From contig OZ260665.1 of the NCBI GenBank assembly GCA_965285935.1, positions 84,010,001 through 84,074,000 of the forward strand: a stretch of 64,000 nucleotides of DNA, read 5' to 3'. A program made the position numbers and the translations under genes. Origin of the DNA: Ophelia neglecta (lineage: Eukaryota). The notes beneath the pieces are model-generated. The model worked only from the letters and a program-made list of their open reading frames with translations, was not told where the DNA came from and did no database searches. Below, in pieces: positions 48,779 to 60,089 of the stretch (position 1 is the stretch's first letter; each line of letters opens with the position of its first letter).

Positions 48779-49137
48779 CCGCCTTTGGTGCCGTAGTTCT
48801 CCACTGCATGTTTGCTGTGGCGTTGTTGCTCTAGTGAGTTTAGGGTTGGGATTATCTTCTGTTCTCTGGTAGGATTGTATTGGCCAAGTGTCTATCCCTC
48901 CAGCCCAACTGGCTGAGGTCAAGTCTATCTATGTGTCTGGATTGTACTGGCCAGGTTTCACGTAGCCACTGAAAGGCTTCCCAAAATATGTGTGAAATAA
49001 TAGGTATTTATTATAATACATGTGGTAATGTATTGGAGCATTGTTAGCACAAAAGATTGTGCTCTGTAGTTAATATATTAATACAAAAAGGCTACAGAAG
49101 TACAATTGAACCATAGAGGATGTCATTGTGTTTAGCG

Positions 49138-49757
49138 AGATTTGTTTGCCTTGCTATGGTTGTCTCCCGCCTCGATTACTGCAATGGCCTTCTCGTTGGT
49201 ATATCGCAGGCGCTCTTGCATAAACTCCGAATGGTCCAACATAGGGCAGTGCGTCTTATCGTCTGCGCCCGCAGGGACGAGTCTGTAACTCCTATCATGC
49301 GAGAGCTTCATTGGCTTCCTATGGAGTTCAGGATTCAGTTCAAGGTTCTGATATTGGTATACAAAGCCCTGAACACTGACAAAAGTCCCACAGTACCTTC
49401 AGAATCTTCTCTTGCCATATAGCCCAGGACGATGCTTAAGATCGACAGCTCAAAACTTTTTGGCGGAGCCTGTTTCTAATCTCACTTCCGCCGGTGACAG
49501 GGCATTTGAGGTATATGCTCCAAGGCTCTGGAATAACCTTCCACTCAGTATTAGACAGTCTCCTACACTTGTGCGTTTCAAAAAATGTGTAAAAACTCAT
49601 CTTTTTGGGAGGGCCTATTCGTGAACTCTAGTCAATATCTATGTGTGCTAAATTTAAGGTATTGTTGTTTTATCTTTAAAAACTTTTATTTTCCTTTGTA
49701 TGATATGATACAATGCGCTATATCAAGTGTCAGTAAATAAATAAATAAATAATAAAT
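49138..49757 (+). mobile_element. 5'-truncated L2/Crack-like LINE 3' end
   Basis: VSRLDYCNGLL...ELHWLP..FRIQFKVL.LVYKAL...RAFEVYAPRLWNNLP..IR...FKK..KTHLF, with a frameshift near 49400 and an (AATA)n tail. Confidence 0.9.
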
Positions 49758-49842
49758 ATGTAAGGGCGTGTTGGTCCGTTGTAACTGAAGTTGAAACACA
49801 TGTTATTACCTGCCATCTGGGCACAACCCAATGGCCACTCAG

Positions 49843-50030
49843 CCCGGGGAGGGCACTCTGTATACTGAGGTTATTACATATGTGCTGCCGTTTCGACCCC
49901 CCTTTTTCGATCTATGTAGAATTTCGACCCCCTGTTTTTTACCTACATGTAGAATTTCGACCCCTTTTTTTAGCATATGTACGACTTTTGATTGAAATGT
50001 AGAATTTCAACCCCTATATTTTGTTGAAAG
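49843..50030. mobile_element. One end of a CCCGGGG-terminus (EnSpm/CMC-like) non-autonomous element with subterminal repeats
   Basis: cccgggggagggcactc followed by four tttcgacccc-like repeats. Confidence 0.45.
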
Positions 50031-50500
50031 TTCATGATACAATGGCTGTAACTAATGGTCAGTAGCAGCTACATGTGTTACGAAAACTTTGACTTTCTGG
50101 CGTTGTTTTAAGAGTGTAGCACATTTTGTTTTTAGATTTACTGAATTATCTTTGGTATTTAAGCATGTTTGGATGAGGCTACAACAGCAAATAATCAGTT
50201 GCCCATATCAAAGATTTAAGTATTTCTTAAGAGTGTTTACCTTGAGAAAAAGGGTTGCGATTATCAACTTCACTCTAAAATCATCTCTTAACATATGAAT
50301 GTCATACTAGAAGTTAACATTGATATATTCTGTCCGAAAGTGATTTTTCTTTCCACCTTTGAGTCAACGACTTTTATCTTTTGTCATCTGAATGCCCAAA
50401 TTATGTTTAAATTATTATTATGGCGTATTTCAAATAACCTCAAACAACTTTCATCTATCCGTCAAGTGTCCAAAGAATGTTAAAATGACCTAATGAAAAA

Positions 50501-50668
50501 TAGTAGTATAATCGGTGCAATCACGCTATTTCCCTACTTTTGAACATCCCATTTACTACTAGTATATAAAGGAGTAGTACCGATAAAGAGTAGCATAATC
50601 GGGCAAACACTAGCTATTTCTCTACTTTTGAGCATCTCATTTGCTAATTGTGTAAAGAGGAGTAGTAC
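50501..50668 (+). repeat. Diverged ~88-bp tandem duplication
   Basis: tag.ataatcgg.gcaa..ctatttc.ctacttttga.catc.cattt...ggagtagtac appears twice. Confidence 0.75.
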
Positions 50669-50903
50669 TGATTCCATCATAGCACTTCTATAACACCTTC
50701 ATTCAATATGGATACTATTTTTCTATTAGATATAGAATAGTGAATATTGTTGCTGGTTAATTCAATATTAAATATATTATTTACTTGTCTTTTCGTCCAA
50801 CTACCCTTGGTCTTCCCACGGTGAATAATTTTGCTTTGCCTTCAAATAAGATTACTCTATGTACCCCTTATTATCTTGAGTTATCCTTTGTCAGACTCGT
50901 CTA

Positions 50904-51240
50904 TGTTGGTTGGTTGGTCGTTTGGGGTTTTACGTGGCTTTCAACACTTATCGGTCATATCACCATGGTGCCAACTTGTGACAGTGGACTCAGTGCCCTT
51001 TTTATAGTGCTGCGTCACTTGAGTACCTGCCGTAGACACCAGACAGGGAAACACACCCAGTCACATTAAACTGAGACCGGGTTGACCAGTCCTGAAACTA
51101 CCCCCGAAATACCGGGCGCCTGTCAGTACCTATTTGTACGTCTTGGGTCTGAAGCGATCGTGATTGGAACCGCGATCTACAACTTGCGAGGTAGACGCTC
51201 TACAACCCCCCCCCCCCCCCCCCGGCCACATTTTGGTGGT
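50904..51240 (-). mobile_element. Degraded full-length SINE copy
   Basis: Same family body and (AACC)n tail, with a poly-C expansion in the head. Confidence 0.9.
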
Positions 51241-53675
51241 ATTTCTTGGTGTAAAGTCCCAGTTGCACGAGTTATTTTGGTTCAACAAAGTATTTAGGGC
51301 CGTTGTGGTGTTTTACTATTTATAACCATCAATCATACATTTGCTCAGAAGTAATATTTCTTTCCTCACCCAACAGAATATATCAAAATATTCTACTTTG
51401 AGGAAATATTAATCATAGTTAAAAGTATGATAAATGAAAAAAAATAGGTGTTAGAAGATCCAGTCTTTTGGAACCATTTGTTTTTATATTTGCTGCCTAT
51501 ATAACATGTTCCTCTTTAGTCAGGTGTGTGAGGGTGTGTGTGGGCGTGTAAAACATGGCATGTGAGCTACTTTTACACGCATAAATGCATTGTGAGGTAT
51601 TTTTGCATTGTGAGGTAGTACCTCACAAGCAAAAGGCGGGATACGGCTTTTGGCGCCCAAATTAACGGTCTCATGCTTTTTTTCAAATTTACCTCACATG
51701 CGTGAATTTGTGTGGGTCTTTATGTGTGTGTGTGGGGGGGGGGGGGGCGGGGGGATAAGATAACTTAAAAGCAAGTGGTCCCTTAGTTGTCCCCACCATA
51801 TTTTTGAAAAAAAACTGGGGAGTCATGTTCTCTGCCGCCGTTTTGGGAATTGCTCGGCATCCTTTAGGTGCACTATATTCCACAGGTATGGTACATAGGC
51901 TTGGTAAATTTGTTTGAGATAGGTGGTGCCACCCTAGTATCTATACTACTTTCTCTACGGTAATAAGGTGACAAAAGCTCATTATCAAGATCGCGCAATA
52001 AATATATTTGAGCCACAGGACCAGGAGGAAGTACTTTAAGCCTAACATGAACTGATCAACTTGTGGTGCACATCCTAATATATTTAGTTGCCATAGCAAC
52101 ACAAATAAAAGTGACCGACATAAAAAGTCAAAATTTTGTTGTTGCTTTTCTTGACAATTAAGACAATTTTAAGAGTTTGAGCCAACAAATTTGTTGCATA
52201 GGGGGGGGGGGCTGTTCTAGATTAATGACTTGACTTTGTCTGCCGGGTGTTCACTCCTATTTCTCCCTCTATTTCTCCCTCTATAATCTGTGTTTGAGGC
52301 GACTTTCGAGGGCGTTTAGTCCGAGTTTATACCATGTCTAGAAACCAGGCCCTATATATCACTAAGTAGTTAAAATGGAGCTGACGCCTGGCGGTAGACG
52401 ATTTATGATTTATGAAGTACAATCTATATTCGTTCTTCCCGAGGTCTGCAGATAACATCGCCACCATCCAGACGCTGCCAAATTTTGCAAGGGCCATCTG
52501 TAACATGTAAACAGGTGCAGCCAACAATGTCCGAGGTCAAATAGGTCAAATATACAACGAAAAGTAAAATCTCCGAAGTTACTCTCGTATATGAGTTTCC
52601 AAACAAAGTCGGTAAAAATATATCTGTTCCATTATAGCAGCAAGCTACAGTTCGTTGCCCCCAGGAGAACATACAGTAAATGGAGTTACATTGGGTCAGT
52701 ACAAGTGTTTCAAACACATAGATGTCCATATAATGGTCTCCAGGGGATGATCTTATGGCAACCATCTAAAAAAATTCTATACTGATCTGTTCTTATAAGG
52801 TTTTTATGCCAGTCATATTAGATATTCATCAGAACAGATCATTGGACGGCAGCTTAGATTCACCATTACACTTCCCAACATACTGCAGTGTAGAGTAGCG
52901 CCCTTGCCTTAAGGAGGCATAATGATTTCATTTTTAAACACACATTTCCATGCCCGGAACGCAAGCTTTTTTCGGGCGTCCAGCGCCTACAGCATTGCCA
53001 TTGCTGGCGTCCTTGTTCTTCTTCGATGTAACTGTATATATCTCTTTTGAACAACATATATTCCCATCTTGTAATCGAAAGAAACAAAATAAAATGAAAT
53101 CCAATCCAATCCAGAATTGGTTCACCACGCCGACGCTTGCGCACGGATCATTTGCTAGAGCCTTTAATTAGGGGAATTTGGCGAATTAACTCGAAGAAGA
53201 AGAAGCATTTAGCTTTTCGTTTTATCCGGCTTGTTGGTCCAGGCGGCGATGGTCTATTGGACTAGCGCCCCTTGTGCCGCCGCTGCTTGGTGGTGTGGTG
53301 CTCCTCGGGCATTGGCTTATGCATCATGATATGATAATCCGTTAATTCTGTGTCTGCTTGTACATATGTGCACCTATTGTTATCATCTGTTATCTTAAAA
53401 CGTTAAAATTGCCATTTTAAACTACAGCCAAAACATCATTTATTATTCTGAGCCGCAAATAAGCTGTAAGCTTTTCGCTGTCACTTATATAAGAATTTAC
53501 TACAACTCAGTATTTATGTAAATAAGAAAGACTAAAAAAACCTCAAAAATAAAAGCCGGCCAACCTTGTGACACCTCTTAAAAGTTGGAATCGAATTTGC
53601 GCACTTTTTTTTTTGGGGGGGGGGGGGGCTTCTTCCGCCTGCGACTATATTAACGGTAGATCTGCAATTTTTTGA

Positions 53676-53894
53676 GGCTATTGATTAAACGCGGAGGTGC
53701 GGAGGCTATGCGGAGGTCATGAGTATTTCTGAGTGGCATGAAACAAATAATCGTCAGCAAGGAAAGGGTTAGGAAGGAGGGTTAATTTTAGGGTTAGGGG
53801 AAGGGTTAGGGACAGGATTGATAGGTCAATGCTCTGTTCTAATTTCGGGATTTACCTCCGCAAGGCTCCGCGCCTCCGCTTTTAATCAAAAGCC
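53676..53894. mobile_element. MITE with 41-bp TIRs, GG termini and 8-bp TSD (Merlin- or Mutator-like)
   Basis: ggctattgattaaacgcggaggtgcggagg... / ...ctccgcgcctccgcttttaatcaaaagcc. TSD ttttttga at 53668-53675 and 53895-53902. Internal gggttagg motifs. Confidence 0.8.
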
Positions 53895-54233
53895 TTTTTT
53901 GATCGTAGCAATGAAGCACAAAAGGCATGCTTTGTTTGTTATCCCCCTAATCCGATGAAAAGCGGCGCCAATAACAAACCAAGAAAAACTAATGCTCTTT
54001 TTCATCTTATTCTGTTGCTTCCACTGAAGCCGATGAAAAGGAGAGAGGTTCAGCCACTTAATAAACCGGCGGCTTCATCTAAGAACACTATGGGGCGATA
54101 ATGATGGAATTAGCCGGCGTCTGCTCAGCGACCTTTCATGGACAGAACAGCTCGGTGCATATTTTGCCATGTCTCCGTGGAAGGTGGACCTAATGACTTG
54201 GCGAAGATCAAGTGATTCGTTAAATAAGCCTTA

Positions 54234-54681
54234 GGGACGGACCATTTGATATCCAGGGGGAGGGGGGGATCTCATTCAGAAAATATTCTGAATGAGATCT
54301 GCTTGAAAACAAGTTTTCTGTCTTCGAGTAGGTAAAAAAAAAAATTCTGATTCAGATTAATAAATGCAAGTAATGTGAAAAAAAAAATTTTGTCTGTGAC
54401 TTGGGTGAAAAAAAATTTCTGTCTGGGATTTGGATGAATAAATTTTCTGAGTAGCACATACAGTGAAACCTGTGAATTAAGACCACCCAAGGGACTGGAA
54501 AATACTGGTCTGATATCAGAGGTGGTCTATTTAGAAAGGTTATTAACATAGAAACTATACATCACTGTTCTCATATTGATGGTCTGAATTTAGAGGTGGT
54601 CTGATTATGGAGGTGGTCTTTAAGGCAGGTTTCACTGTACTTTTGTAGCCCCCACCCCCTGGATATCAAATGGTCAGTCCC
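54234..54681. mobile_element. PIF/Harbinger-type MITE (TTA TSD) with a CAGTG MITE nested at 54461-54637
   Basis: tta|gggacggaccatttgatatccagggg ... cccctggatatcaaatggtcagtccc|tta. Confidence 0.9.
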
Positions 54682-55714
54682 TTAGTGTGGAGGCCGGTGG
54701 GCAAAGCATGTCAATCGATTAGATTATCAGAAGACCGACAGATCGAGGGTTTGCCAGTTTCTGCTCGGTGCGAGAGGAATATTTGGGATGAGTATGCCAC
54801 CTATATGAACTCGAGACAGACATGAGACGAATAATTGATATTTGTGCTTCAACCCTCATGGAAGATGCGAGTTTATTTCGATGTCAATTCCCTCTCCCGA
54901 AATCAAATATTTTTTCTTTTGAGTGCACAGAATCCCTGTATTAATCATTAAACATAAATATATATATATGAACTGTTCTGAAAATATCAGAAAAAAGTAC
55001 AATATGGAACATTGATGTAACTATTGACGAGATTGCATTATTCTTTTGGAGTTTGTTTCGTGAGTTCTTGTGGGTCAAGATCTTTCTAATTGAGAATGGA
55101 AGGTCTCATTTACATTGGGGTCAGCAGCAGACGGTTGCTGAAGGACTCGGAGATGTGTGGGTAATTGTGGGTCTGACCAATTTTATGGATGATTTATGTT
55201 TATTTTTTTCTCGAATTTTTGCCATGTATCCTCTCCCGCTTTGTATCGTGATAGTGTATTGACCCATGCTAGTGTAATATATATGAAAGCCTGCTCGCAT
55301 GTCTAACGTCTTCTGGTATTCATGGTTTTTGTCGGTTCTTGTTGTGAACGAAGAGTCCCCACTTCAGAATTATTATGTTCCACTTCTTAGCTTCTTAGGC
55401 CTTTTTTGAGCCCGGCAGGGTGGATAACATCCTGCTTGCTTTTTGTGTGAACCCCATATACCATGATAATCCTTGTAAATATTTTTCTTGGAGGAAGGGG
55501 ATTGTACTTTCTAGTAGTTCGGGTGCAAAAGTTGAACTTACATAGCCTGATGGAACAGCCTCGGGAAGCCAAAAAGGCTTATTGTACCCCGTCTTAAGGA
55601 CATACAGTAAAGGTGACAATCGTAGGAAAAATGCCTAAAGTTAATGAAAATGGAAAGAAACACCCACCCACACACACACAAAATGACAAGAAACGAGATT
55701 GGCAGTTTTCTTAA

Positions 55715-56003
55715 GGCCAAAAAAAAAATTATGTTTCCTATTACATGGACAAAAAAAATAGGGTAGGTAGGTAGAAAAAAGTTTTTTCTTTGGAATTTTT
55801 TTTGTAATGATCCTCGCGGTGTGGGTGTAATTTTTTCAGTATTTTATCATAAAATGTGGTTAAATTTAAGGCGAGGGACGATGTTTCTTTGACTTTGGCG
55901 AGAATTGTTAATTTTTTTTAAGATGCTCATAAAAATTTTAGGACCGGGCACCTTTTGCTAGGTAGGGTCGGGCGACCGGAAACATAATATTTTTTTTTTG
56001 GCC
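55715..56003. mobile_element. PIF/Harbinger-type MITE (TAA TSD)
   Basis: taa|ggccaaaaaaaaaattatgtttcc ... ggaaacataatattttttttttggcc|taa. Confidence 0.85.
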
Positions 56004-59000
56004 TAAACATTAGTTAAGATAATCACCGCTTGTGAGGGCTGTATTCATCGTTCCATTAGAAACAATCCCTGGTCGTACCTCATACATTCTACTCACGCAA
56101 TTCAGTAATGCTAAGTAACTATCTGTAGGGCGACCTAGAAGAAATATAGATCCTAGCGCCCTTAAACTACGGTCACATAGCAATATTGCATATAAATATG
56201 ACGTGCAAAACACTCAAAGTGGATATTTATCTAATGGAAATAAATAATGGCGGCACAAGTCGTCCTAACAAGCCGCCAGGCCACGGATTTTTCCACATTT
56301 TCGCCATTTGTTGGCCTCAAACACCAATAAAGTGCCACTTGTGAGCGAGCACAAATCGGATTATGTTGGCATAAACGGGCAACCTTTCAGGTTAAAGGAT
56401 ATGTCATGCAAAAATGATTTTCTGGGTTAATAACAAGTAATCTGTGTAAAAATGTCCATTTTAGATACATGGCACTTGCATCGCTTGAAAAAGTAGTTTT
56501 TGAATACGTCAGTGACCCATATTAATCAACACTTGATTAACCCACCCTCCAATCCAGCCCTCTCCTTGCCTGCAAGCCAAATCTACAAATTGAGTAAAGC
56601 ATACATGTCAGAACATGTCATGTGCTGTCTCACAATTTCTAGTTCCATGTCTGTTAATATGCTTGCAGAGAAATGAATAAAAGTAAAGAAATGTCCGAAA
56701 AGTCGAGTTATTTCTCGCTTTGTTTAATTCCTCCAGAAGTCTACTCATTCCACGCGCATTGCACATACAAGTCCCATTCTGCAATGTTTAATTCCGCGTA
56801 GTTAATAGCCTTATTTCACGCAAAAATAGAGTTCGTGGAATAAGGCTACTTAATGTGCGGAATTAAAAAAGAAGCTAATTTACCCGACTTCACACTAGTC
56901 AACGCTTTTCCAGTCCTCGAAAATACCCCTGTTAAGAAACCATGCCAGTTCTTCAATAAGAAATATCTGGACATAGAGCCTTTATTATCTTCTGCATCAT
57001 TGCCTCGGCGGAATATCAAGTTGATAAATCAACTATTGATAGAATTGGAATACGGTTTTAAATCATTCACTCACAATACCTCTTCCATACCTGCTGCCTC
57101 GTTCCTCGTTCAACTATACCCTATCGTGGCATGCAATGATATCATTTTATTAATTAAACGGCAAATTCTTCAGCCTAGAGTCACTTAAGGGGAAAAACTC
57201 CAAACTGTATATATAAACCACCAATAGGTCATTTGTCTTTCCTACCAATAACGTGCCGGCATTGGTAACAATATATTAAACTTCTAGTATAATGCTCTGT
57301 GTCAACAGTGTCTCTAGTGCGATACCAGTTCTGAGCATTGGAGTGCTTTTCTAAGCCCCAATGCCCGTACAACAATACTACACTGGAAACTGAAGCTGCT
57401 TTACACGAAAGAAACTAATGATTGTTTTCAGCCATGAATGTGACAGGCATTCTTGCTAGAATAATATGCCTTCTTGGGTGAAAGGCTGTATGCAGTGCCT
57501 GCTGTCATTTAATGATGTGGAAAACAATGGTGTACTCATCAAGAAGGAATTAATCCTGGTTTATATCTGCTCTACGACATTGGACCACCAAGTTAAGCCT
57601 ATAAACATCTAGCATTGTTTATATTTGAGTTTCATAACAGCACACTGGGTCCAAACTCAGTCAATGACTGGTGGATCAATGGAAGGCATGGTTGGACATT
57701 CAGAATAAGATCACACCGACAGTCTGAAGGTTAAACCTGTCCCCAAGGTCACCAGAGCGAGTACAGTCGCTGAAAAGGAAATTGTTGTGGCCGCTGAGCC
57801 TTAGGAAATCCCCCATGACAGGAAACGATTGGAGCATGTTCTTTTGATCTTCATGTGCACCCTACCTGTTTTTTTTTAAAGAAGTCTAGTTCACATACAT
57901 AAAAACTCTTGCCTTTACAGAGCTGAGGTAGTATTGCGAAACGTTCAGTAAAAAAATTTCTAATGAATATACGTTTTTGTTCGGACTATCGGAAAGATAT
58001 TGTTCTGTTTAAATGAACTAATTCAAATTCCCTGTATGAGCTTCTTAAATGATAGCATGGAGACTAACTGGAAAGTAGGGCAGCCGAGAGATATCGCATA
58101 GAGGATAGCCACATTAGCTGGAAAGTAGGCCCTTATAACCTGTCTAGTTATAATCTGGAGACCTCCGGCACTTATAACCTGTCTAGTTATCAGCAGCCAG
58201 AGGGACCCTCCACCTATCGCAAGGCAACACTACTATTAGATATTTTTCTGCACTGCAGTTTGTGAAAAAAATGCAAAGAATGCCAAATTTTATTCCAGTA
58301 TCAAAGTACATTTAATTGGATCACACACTAGATATCTCACCTTGCTTAGACTCAGACGTTAAGTGGACCATGATTTAATTCTATTACCCTATTTACCGAT
58401 AGTTACTCAGTTCAACAACCCGTGTAGACGCCCTGCTGTGAGCTCCCTGAGTTTTTGTGTGAAGCCTGTCTCAGGCATGGTTCTCATTGCTGTAATGGAT
58501 GCTTTGGTAAGTGATTGAAGTTGGTAATTGCACGTGTTGCAGCAATTTTTGCTTGGCGAGGCAAAAGAGAGAGGAATGTGCGGAAAAAAAGGCAAAACCT
58601 CTGTGTTCGATCAATGAAGCGATTTATCACTATGCCTAAAGTTTTCTGAACCAGTCTGGTAGCTGGAGGTGGTTTGAAGTGTTTGGCGAGGACATTTTAT
58701 CATTTCCCTCGCCATCTTTTTCATACTACTCCGGAGATAACGATGGCCAAGGAAACACCAACGACACCAGTCTTACACCGAGTCCAATAATAGAAATATT
58801 TAGAAAATCTAGTTCGTAAAACGTATCAAAGACATCAAGCACAACCATTCAACCTAAATCTACAGTCAGGTCATTCCTTGTGGGCATCTGTGCATAAGAG
58901 CATCTTAGAAGTAAGGGAACTCTTGTTCAGTCCCGCCATATTAATACGGTTTCAATAGAAAGTAGCATCTCTGAATTACGGCCATATCGGAATTCACAAT

Positions 59001-59200
59001 TGAGGGCAACATTTTTGGTCACTTTATCGCTAATTGTCTTTTTATCTCCGATTAAAAGTTGTATTGCGATCACTTTCCAACTTTTAATTCAAATTGTAAT
59101 CGTAAAGAACAAGGTGTAATTTGGAAAATTAGGGCAAATAAAAGACAAATAGGCTCAGTCTCATGAGTGCTCTTAATCCTGAATTTCCACTGTATACACA

Positions 59201-59375
59201 CAGTGAGACCTGCCTCAAAGACCACCTCTATATTCAGATCACCAGCTAACTCAGGCCACTTAGATCTATATGAAAACCATAATGTACACTTTCAAGGAAT
59301 AAACCGGTCTGTTCACACACCTACATTCCAGTATTTTCAAATTCATTGAGAGGTCCTAATTCACAGGTTTCATTG
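59201..59375 (+). mobile_element. Degraded CAGTG MITE copy
   Basis: cagtgagacctgcctcaaagaccacc...caggtttcattg. Confidence 0.8.
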
Positions 59376-59967
59376 AATAGAAAGGGCAGCTCCTGTAGGA
59401 CGTTCCTATATACTTTCGGAATTTGAATGGTTCCCTTCAGCATGCACTGACTTTGTCCCTAGACCATATTCACCTTCCGTTGCTTGTTGAAACTGGTAAC
59501 TTCTGTCCACGCTGGTCCAATAGGAAGCCTCCTTGCATTTGCTTTCTTCCTTTCTTGTCGGTGTGTAAGTTTTTCAGGGTGAAAAAAGCCCTGACTCCCC
59601 CCCCCCCACCCGCCCCCTCCCCAAAAAACGTTATCCAAAGTTAACCAAATAAAGGGTATCCCTGCCCAGTGATAAAGGGTATCACTGGGCGTGTTACACC
59701 AATATTTCAAGGCCTTTGTATAAGATTATGCTGTCAAGACGGGCTCAAACTCCTGGACTAATAAGATCCCGCGGACATATATATCAGCCTGTGGGACAGA
59801 GGGTAGTAATAAACAATGATTTCGATCCGGGAAGCCCAATATACTAGTTTCTAGATGGACGCACTTAAAGTCTATATTATTTCAAGACCATGGGACTCCC
59901 GGGTTATGTTTAGTGTAATTCAAAAGAATCGGGGGACCTTCCAACCACTGGACTTTCAACGGTTACA

Positions 59968-60063
59968 GTCCGCTATTCCGAGGGTTCCCTATTCCGAAGG
60001 TCCGCTATTCCGAAGGGTCTCTATTCCGAGGGTTCGCTATTCCGAAGGTCCGCTTTTCCGAAA
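59968..60063. repeat. 16-bp tandem array (c.ctattccga.gg), probably subterminal repeats of a DNA element interrupted by the LINE
   Basis: Six units such as tccgctattccgaagg. Confidence 0.8.
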
Positions 60064-60089
60064 GAATATATGCTACTTCCCTGCACACA

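Noticed and set aside
57200-58800. Coding-like composition and short open frames (e.g. 58407-58595)
   Set aside because: I found no recognisable motif or consistent exon chain. It may be very old TE sequence but I cannot support a call.
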